Part shown: positions 57,978-64,000 of the stretch, piece by piece | How the letters are laid out: each line of letters opens with the position of its first letter | Position numbering within the stretch: position 1 is the first letter of the stretch | DNA from: Thermoplasmata archaeon | GTDB lineage: Archaea > Thermoplasmatota > Thermoplasmata > Sysuiplasmatales > Sysuiplasmataceae | Assembly: GCA_021806165.1 (NCBI GenBank) | Contig: JAJZXY010000004.1 | Span: forward strand, 65,595-129,594 | Direction: 5' to 3' | Length of the DNA: 64,000 bases | Program-made: the position numbers and the translations under genes | The notes under the pieces: model-generated | What the model was told of the DNA's origin: nothing | The model's database searches: none | What the model saw: the letters and a program-made list of their open reading frames with translations, nothing else

Positions 57978-59041
57978 ACAGCACCCCCGAGAAGCATTTC
58001 TTCAGTCTTCCTCTGCTCTATACCGTATGAGGTGCCTATTACTATTGTCCTGAGGTTGTCCCTCTCCCTCTCCGCCCTGAGTATGTATGCGAAGGTTGAA
58101 CCCGCAGATAGCGCCTGCGACGACAGCACTTCCAGGTACCGCCTGAGAAGCGAGGATCTCATCTCGGACTCAAAAAGCTTCAGGTCCCCCTCGGACCTGT
58201 AGGACTCAACTGCCGCCTTGAGGTCATACCTGTCCTGGAGTTTCGCAGCAATGTCCTCCACTCCGCCCGAACCGTACATGGACTGGAGATCATCCATCGA
58301 CAGGTTCCCGTAGGGCAGGAGCTGCTCACGTATCCTGTCGAAGGGCACCGCCATGTCTTTTGCAGCCAGTATTACATTCAGGTTCTTGTTGTCAATCTCT
58401 TCCCTGAAGAACCTGGTGAGAGGTCCCTCGTCTCCATTGTAGAATTTGAGGCTCGATACGAGCCTGGCGTAGTAGTAACGGTCCAGCGCCTGCAGCATGG
58501 GTGCTATGTCATTTTCCTTCCTGTAGCTGTCGAGATACTGGAGCAGCTGCTGGCCGTAGCCGAAGCGTGTAAGATTTTCAGCAACCGCCTCAATGGTAGT
58601 CTGGTTGATCAGCACTCTGAAATCTTCGTTCTTCATTATGCCCCCGAATATGCCCATGGGAACATCCCTGAAGCTGACCAGGAATGTCTCAGTCTCCTTC
58701 ACGTCATAACCCAGGTATTTGGAGGTGATTACCGACTTGATGTTCTGGACGTCCCACTTGGACATGTAGGCACGCAAGAGATCAGAAGTCATCGGAGGCG
58801 CGGCAAAGAGTGCTGTCTTGTTCCTCTCGACAAGCCTTCGGTTTGCAGCCATCTCAAGAAGATCTGGATTTGTGTAAAGGGAATACAGTGCATTTATGTC
58901 ATCCTTGTATGCCGTTCCGGAAAGCGTTCTTGTCATGTCCTCGAGCGGCATGCCTATCAGTCCTCTGACAAAACTGTCGCTGAGGAACTCGGTCTGCGAG
59001 ACTTTGATCCTGCCATAGCTGCCGGAGTACGTGGAATCCAT
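57974..59041 (-). CDS. atpC: A/V-type ATP synthase subunit C (d)
   Basis: 355 aa; WDVQNIK, LDRYYY, EIDNKNL, ERDNLRTI. Confidence 0.9.
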   Translation of the reverse strand: MDSTYSGSYGRIKVSQTEFLSDSFVRGLIGMPLEDMTRTLSGTAYKDDINALYSLYTNPDLLEMAANRRLVERNKTALFAAPPMTSDLLRAYMSKWDVQNIKSVITSKYLGYDVKETETFLVSFRDVPMGIFGGIMKNEDFRVLINQTTIEAVAENLTRFGYGQQLLQYLDSYRKENDIAPMLQALDRYYYARLVSSLKFYNGDEGPLTRFFREEIDNKNLNVILAAKDMAVPFDRIREQLLPYGNLSMDDLQSMYGSGGVEDIAAKLQDRYDLKAAVESYRSEGDLKLFESEMRSSLLRRYLEVLSSQALSAGSTFAYILRAERERDNLRTIVIGTSYGIEQRKTEEMLLGGAV

Positions 59042-59610
59042 TACTTTGCACCAAGCTTGCCTGCAATCTCGAGCATCAGTTTTTCCCTGAGTTCCCTTTT
59101 CAGCGTTCCGATGGTGAGATCAAGTTCCAGGCTGCCATCAGAAGACTCTGCAACAATGCCACCGCTGGGGTCTACATCTGCGACTGCAACCTTCTTCCCC
59201 CTCGACTCCTTGATGAACCCGGCACCCTTCTCGCCCACCTTGACCACACAATCCTTGCCAAGGACACGCCTGGCGGTCGCAACCATGGCTGTGACTATGT
59301 CCTTGTATCCGTCCGAAGAGGAAAGTGCATCCATTATATCGTACGCCTTCGAAAGACTGCCTTCCACCAGCTCTGACTTCCTCTCCCTGACTATCCTCCG
59401 CGCCTCAATGTCGGCGTTGGAAAGCTCCCTGTTTTCCAGCGATTTGCAGTCTTCAGCTGTCTTCCTGCCGAACTCGTTCCTCAGCGCCTCGAGCCTTGCT
59501 TCAGTCTCCTTTGACAGAGAATCTGTCTTCTGCTGGAACTCCCTGGAGATGCGCTCCAGTTCACCGTTTCTGCGTTCCTCAATGGACTGAAGGATATTTT
59601 CCAGAGCCAT
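59041..59610 (-). CDS. atpE: A/V-type ATP synthase subunit E
   Basis: MALENIL..., coiled coil, GGIVAESSDG. Confidence 0.9.
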   Translation of the reverse strand: MALENILQSIEERRNGELERISREFQQKTDSLSKETEARLEALRNEFGRKTAEDCKSLENRELSNADIEARRIVRERKSELVEGSLSKAYDIMDALSSSDGYKDIVTAMVATARRVLGKDCVVKVGEKGAGFIKESRGKKVAVADVDPSGGIVAESSDGSLELDLTIGTLKRELREKLMLEIAGKLGAK

Positions 59611-59619
59611 TGCAATCCA

Positions 59620-59850
59620 TCACAGGATGTGAAGCAGCAGGATCAATCCAAGGACAAAACCCAGAATCCACAAAGTCTCCGGAATGACGAAGAAGAAGAG
59701 CACCTGACCGAACTTCTCAGGCTTCTCGGCTATGATGCCCATTCCTGCAGCGCCGATTCCCTGCTGTGCCATACCAGTGCCTATCAGACCGCCTGCTATC
59801 GATATAGCTGCAGCTATCGCATACAGGGGTGCAGTGTAATCAACTGCCAT
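59620..59850 (-). CDS. atpK: A/V-type ATP synthase subunit K (c, single hairpin)
   Basis: 76 aa, two TMs, IAEKPEKFG loop, PETL ion-binding Glu. Confidence 0.93.
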   Translation of the reverse strand: MAVDYTAPLYAIAAAISIAGGLIGTGMAQQGIGAAGMGIIAEKPEKFGQVLFFFVIPETLWILGFVLGLILLLHIL

Positions 59851-59975
59851 TTGACAATCACCGCCTCACTATTTGCGGGTCTTATAAAAAACTTCCCGCC
59901 GGTTGAACTCGAACAATCCCTTCCCTCACTGGCGGGTGATGGGCAGGCTGGAGGGGGCTGGAAGCAGGCACCATG

Positions 59976-61460
59976 TCAGAGGACTCTGGTGGCAGAATGC
60001 TTCTGCCTGTTGTAGAACTCGCTGAAGTTGACCACGCTCAAATTGAGCGTTGAAAGATCGAATACGGGCATCTTGGCGGGAATGGGTGATATGTTCCTCA
60101 TCTTCTGGTAGGAAGTCTGAGACTGCCAGGTGGACCCGCTTATCAGTCTGACCCCCCTGTAATCGTCAAGCCCATACGAATGAACATGGCCTGTGATGAA
60201 GACGTCCGGTATCTCGTCAATGACCATGTAGTCCTTCTTCTCAGGTGCAAGGGGCGTCCTCTCGCCATAGACAGGCGCAAGATGCCTTCTCTTAAGCATC
60301 TCTTTCATTGCCTCAACTGGTCTCTCCCATGAGAGGCTGGGAATGCTGCTTATGATGTCATCGAAACTACGCCCGTGATAGGCAAGCACCTTTCTCCCCT
60401 CCAGCTCTACCGTCGCGGGGTTGCCCACGAATGTGACCCTGGAATCGAACATCTTCTGCAGCTCCTGCTGGAAGGTGGGTTGCGGCTCAGCCGGCCTGAC
60501 CGCATCATGGTTGCCAGGCATCACTATAACCCTCATCCAGTCCGGAAGCTGGGAAATGTATGATGCAACACGCTCATACTGTGCATAGACATCGTCTATC
60601 TCCAAATCCTCCTCCTGGTCCGGATAGACCCCGATTCCATCCGCTAGGTCGCCTGAAATCAGAATGTAGTTGATATCCCTCGCATCCGGCGAGCTCTTGA
60701 GCCACTCAATCATGAGGTCCCACTCCTCCCTCAGGAATGTCTTGCTCCCCACGTGGGTGTCGGAAAGGACTGCCACCCTCGAAGTGGAATCTGTCTTCTC
60801 CACCGGTCTGTTGTACGGGATATCGGGTCTTATCAGGGCGTCGGCGACAAGCATGCTCTTGTCCCTGTTCATCCTCCCCCTTACGCCTATTACCTCATCC
60901 TTCAGCACCGAGTCCTCTCCCTTCTCCGACATCACAAGGACCCTGCATCGATCCTCCTCGTCCTCTATCTCGAGTATCCTGTGGCCGTTCTTTGTGGTGT
61001 GGATGCTGTTGACTATGCCGATGACCTGGACCGTCCTGGTAAGCGCGACTGCGCGGGAAATGGGCATTGCCCCGGCCATGTCGCCTCTTCTGAGAAGGAT
61101 TCGCTTCAATGAGTGAAACCTGTCCGTGAAGTACTTTGCAAAGTCCTTCACATTCCCCCTGGATGTGCTGTTCCCCGTGACATCCTTTACAACCCTGGGC
61201 GGCGGCGGCGTCGAGGAAATGTGTCCAACTGTCCGGACTGGCTCAGCCTCCGCGCTCCCTACGTTCTCAGTCTGCCTCAACTCCCAGGCAAGCATATCCG
61301 GGGTTATCACAAGCGGCGGCTCATTGAATGAATGGAGCAGCTGCTCCAGCCTGAGCAGCGGATCTTCCCTGTCCTCCAGCTTCCTGCAGGCATCCGGGTC
61401 AATCAGAACTCCCCTGGAAGCCGCGAGCTTAAGTATCTCTTCGTGGACGGAAGATCCCAT
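59976..61460 (-). CDS. polB: DNA polymerase D small (exonuclease) subunit DP1
   Basis: SDTHVGS, GDLADG, PGNHD, YHGRS, RRHLAP, GHVH. Confidence 0.95.
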   Translation of the reverse strand: MGSSVHEEILKLAASRGVLIDPDACRKLEDREDPLLRLEQLLHSFNEPPLVITPDMLAWELRQTENVGSAEAEPVRTVGHISSTPPPPRVVKDVTGNSTSRGNVKDFAKYFTDRFHSLKRILLRRGDMAGAMPISRAVALTRTVQVIGIVNSIHTTKNGHRILEIEDEEDRCRVLVMSEKGEDSVLKDEVIGVRGRMNRDKSMLVADALIRPDIPYNRPVEKTDSTSRVAVLSDTHVGSKTFLREEWDLMIEWLKSSPDARDINYILISGDLADGIGVYPDQEEDLEIDDVYAQYERVASYISQLPDWMRVIVMPGNHDAVRPAEPQPTFQQELQKMFDSRVTFVGNPATVELEGRKVLAYHGRSFDDIISSIPSLSWERPVEAMKEMLKRRHLAPVYGERTPLAPEKKDYMVIDEIPDVFITGHVHSYGLDDYRGVRLISGSTWQSQTSYQKMRNISPIPAKMPVFDLSTLNLSVVNFSEFYNRQKHSATRVL

Positions 61461-61538
61461 ACTTCGTTCTTAAGGTCAAAGTCGCTATTAAAGGTAGCTG
61501 ACCCGCGGCCGGGACGGTTGCCCGCAACCCCTATGACA

Positions 61539-62045
61539 TCATATCACCGCAGTGCCCTTTTCAACCGGCAGATTCTCCTCAACCCACTCCGCATACCCGT
61601 CTCTCAGGTTCAGAAGCTCCTTCCCCCTGACCCTCCGTATCGCCATCCTTGATCTCCTCCCACGGCCTGACACGAATACGGTCTTTTCCGTCACCGCCTG
61701 ACCCTTCGATACTCTTGAGAGGGGCATGTTCTGTGAGCCCGGGAGGTGTCCCCGCTCAAATTCGCCCGCACCCCTGACATCCAGTATAACCACCCTCTCC
61801 CCCTTTTCCATCAATGCATACAGATCCGTAGGAGCGATATCAACAAATGTGCTCTTATCGGCATATGGCCAGCCATAGTATCTGTAGGTGAAAACCGAAA
61901 CAGCCACACCTCCAATGGACAGTGCCGCGAGCATAAGCGTGGCGGCGGTAAAACCGAAGGTCAGGTACAGTGCCGCGACGAATATGAGCCATATCGCCAG
62001 CATAGTGACTATGAACGGGAAAGTCCTCATGGTTAATTCCGCCAA
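61539..62045 (-). CDS. Membrane-anchored rhodanese-like protein
   Basis: 2 TMs, LDVR..EFERGHLPGS; the active-site Cys position reads Ser (FVSGRGRRS). Confidence 0.8.
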   Translation of the reverse strand: MAELTMRTFPFIVTMLAIWLIFVAALYLTFGFTAATLMLAALSIGGVAVSVFTYRYYGWPYADKSTFVDIAPTDLYALMEKGERVVILDVRGAGEFERGHLPGSQNMPLSRVSKGQAVTEKTVFVSGRGRRSRMAIRRVRGKELLNLRDGYAEWVEENLPVEKGTAVI

Positions 62046-62216
62046 TGCTGATTCGTTATCGTGACTTATTTATTCGTTACCTGCATATAGCCAGATTGCC
62101 GGCAGCCTCGGAGCCTCTCACGCAGGCAATTCGCCAATCGTAGGTGCCATTGACCAAGCCATATATAGTTGGACTAGGCATAATAACCAGTTTATTCATA
62201 TACGGAAGAGGGCCGA

Positions 62217-62660
62217 ATGAGCGAGGAAAGCGAAGAAATCGGGCAGGATGGACAGGTGCGGTTCTTCAGCATCGATGAGGCAAATGACCTCATCCCCGCC
62301 CTCGAGGAAAAACTCAGGGCATGCGATCAGATTTTAATCGAGATACGCTCGGTATCGGAGCTGACGGAGGACATGGAATGGTACTGGGGGGAGTCAATCA
62401 ATGACGATTCAAACCCGGATCGTGTGGAATACCTCAAGCTAGAAGAGGAGAAGGGCGTCAGGATTGATAGGTGGAACAACGCAATCAGGGATATTGAAGA
62501 CACAGGTGTAATGATAAAGAACCCCGACCTCGGCCTTGTGGATTTCTACAGTATAAGAGATGGCCAGGTTGTATTCCTGTGCTGGCAGCGTGGAGAGCCT
62601 GAAGTCCGCTACTGGCATACTCTGGACGGTGGATACGGAGGGAGACGGCCGCTTGAATAG
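62217..62660 (+). CDS. DUF2203 family protein
   Basis: FSIDEAN, GLVDF, LCWQRGE, YWH...GYGGRRPL. Confidence 0.85.
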   Translation: MSEESEEIGQDGQVRFFSIDEANDLIPALEEKLRACDQILIEIRSVSELTEDMEWYWGESINDDSNPDRVEYLKLEEEKGVRIDRWNNAIRDIEDTGVMIKNPDLGLVDFYSIRDGQVVFLCWQRGEPEVRYWHTLDGGYGGRRPLE

Positions 62661-62784
62661 GCGCGCGGGCTGTCCGGGCAGCCAGCCGCGCAGTAGCCCC
62701 TTCTCTACAGCCTGTCACATTTAAAGCATCTGTATCACATTTAAGGTACCAAGGCTAATAGCCAAAACTTCCTCTCAGCAACAA

Positions 62785-63396
62785 GTGGTTCAGGTGGCAT
62801 CGTTCATAGATTTTCTCACAGGCGTAATGACGCTGCTTATTGTTGTCGACGTTGTGATTTGTGAGCTTATCTTCTACACCCTGGGCAAAAACTTCTCCAA
62901 ACTGGAGGGTGACGAATCCACCCTGAGCCGCATCAAGTCGTTCGGCCTGATGTTCCTTGGCCTCTCCGTACCTCTTCTAGTGTTCGGCCTGGTGCTTGAC
63001 GCACACTGGCCGCTTCCGAGCAGCTATAATTTCATATTCGGCGACATGGTGGTTTACATCGGGACCATGCTCCTCGTGGCCGGCATGGTGATGGTCTGGA
63101 AGCCGGAGGATGTACGCTTGTTATATCCAGTCATCGCCGTCTTCAGCCTGTTTGTATTTGTGTATGGTGCTGATATACTGTACTACAGCATGGGGCAGAA
63201 CCCTCTGGCCGCCAGCGGGATGGTTGTGGCTGAGGGGGCGGGCGGACTGGCAACTGCTTTCTACCTCCTCAGCTCGAAGAGGTTCGTCGGTTATGCCGCC
63301 TTGGCTTTCCTAGCAATTGCCATAGTGATTATCGCTGTGACAAACGTTGAGTCGATATTCGCCCACACAGTATCGTTCAAGTCATACTTCCCCTGA
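62785..63396 (+). CDS. DUF981-like multi-TM membrane protein
   Basis: FIDFLT start, WPLPSSYNFIFGD motif, about 6 TMs. Confidence 0.75.
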   Translation: MVQVASFIDFLTGVMTLLIVVDVVICELIFYTLGKNFSKLEGDESTLSRIKSFGLMFLGLSVPLLVFGLVLDAHWPLPSSYNFIFGDMVVYIGTMLLVAGMVMVWKPEDVRLLYPVIAVFSLFVFVYGADILYYSMGQNPLAASGMVVAEGAGGLATAFYLLSSKRFVGYAALAFLAIAIVIIAVTNVESIFAHTVSFKSYFP

Positions 63397-63486
63397 GGTC
63401 TCCAAGGACCTTTCACTGTTCATCCGGCGCCCGTGTCCGGGCGTCCTGTTCGTGGGCCAAACCCCTTTCGGTTTGAGAAGGTAGTC

Positions 63487-64000
63487 ATGATGGATTCTGG
63501 TCGGGGAAAGACACTGGGTTCTGATGTCAGGATGTGGTACAAGGCACTGAAGGTCATACCCCATCTGGACCGCAGCGAGTGGGACGTGCTAGACCCCGTG
63601 TCAAAATGGCTCGTTGCAGCCCGGGGTGCAGTTCTTGTAATGACATTCTTTTCAGCTCTAATAGGGGGCCTCCTTGCATTCTCAGTGGGCTCGGCGAATC
63701 CACTGCTTCTGGTGCTTGCAATGGTCGGCCTGGTGCTTGCCCATGGTGCATCTAACCTGCTCAATGACTACTGGGATACAAGGCTTGGCGTCGATGAGGG
63801 CAATTATTTCAGGGCTCAGTACGGTCCACATCCGCTTGTAGGGGGCCTGATGACCAGCAGGCAGCTCATCATGTGGGTGCTTGCCACCCTTGCAGCTGCA
63901 CTACTTGCCGGCCTCTACCTCACAATCGTGAGAGGTCCTTCGGTTCTGCTCTTCATGGCGGCAGGGCTGCTGCTCATGATGTCATATTCCGGAAAACCCT
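63487..64000 (+). CDS. UbiA-family prenyltransferase (MenA-like), truncated by the window end
   Basis: My translation from ATG 63487: MMDSGRGK...WLVAARGAVLVMT...HGASNLLNDYWDTRLGVD...GPHPL, with the NDxxD motif; absent from the ORF track because it has no stop in the window. Confidence 0.85.
   Translation, partial: MMDSGRGKTLGSDVRMWYKALKVIPHLDRSEWDVLDPVSKWLVAARGAVLVMTFFSALIGGLLAFSVGSANPLLLVLAMVGLVLAHGASNLLNDYWDTRLGVDEGNYFRAQYGPHPLVGGLMTSRQLIMWVLATLAAALLAGLYLTIVRGPSVLLFMAAGLLLMMSYSGKP

Noticed and set aside
59894..59935. GC-rich inverted repeat between DP1 and atpK
   Set aside because: Short and imperfect, upstream of the ATPase TATA box; at most a terminator-like hairpin
1..64000. CRISPR arrays, rRNA/tRNA genes, transposases, integrases or prophage genes
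   Set aside because: None recognised; intergenic gaps are short and lack regularly spaced repeats or cloverleaf motifs (by eye, no covariance search run)

Overview
A gene-dense archaeal chromosomal segment, most likely from a Thermoplasmatota lineage (inferred from Cdc6/Orc1, PriS, PolD DP1, TiaS, Dph2, eL20/LX, prefoldin and the K-E-C-F-A-B-D-H-I ATP synthase order). It holds about 68 CDSs. I saw no rRNA, tRNA, CRISPR array or transposase. Main blocks: a Mo/W-type ABC transporter with a divergent Tfx regulator; valS, thyX and an FTR1 iron permease; a SUF Fe-S operon divergent from a SufR-like regulator; queDCE; dph2; priS and rplX-pfdA-ftsY; cdc6 with a candidate replication origin (inverted ORB pair); tiaS; thiolase-hbd-MFS; an oxalate-oxidoreductase-like 2-oxoacid:ferredoxin oxidoreductase; the A/V-type ATP synthase operon; DP1; and a truncated menA-like gene. 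The most notable observations are: (1) the SUF operon is interleaved with a sulfur-carrier cysteine-synthesis module (CysM-like synthase, a ubiquitin-like carrier fused in front of its own E1/rhodanese enzyme, and a JAMM protease); (2) several genes appear to need CTG start codons to keep conserved N-terminal motifs; (3) an unexplained single-TM microprotein gene sits inside the ATP synthase operon; (4) the OOR-like enzyme has altered active-site motifs. All family assignments come from motif recognition by eye, not database searches.
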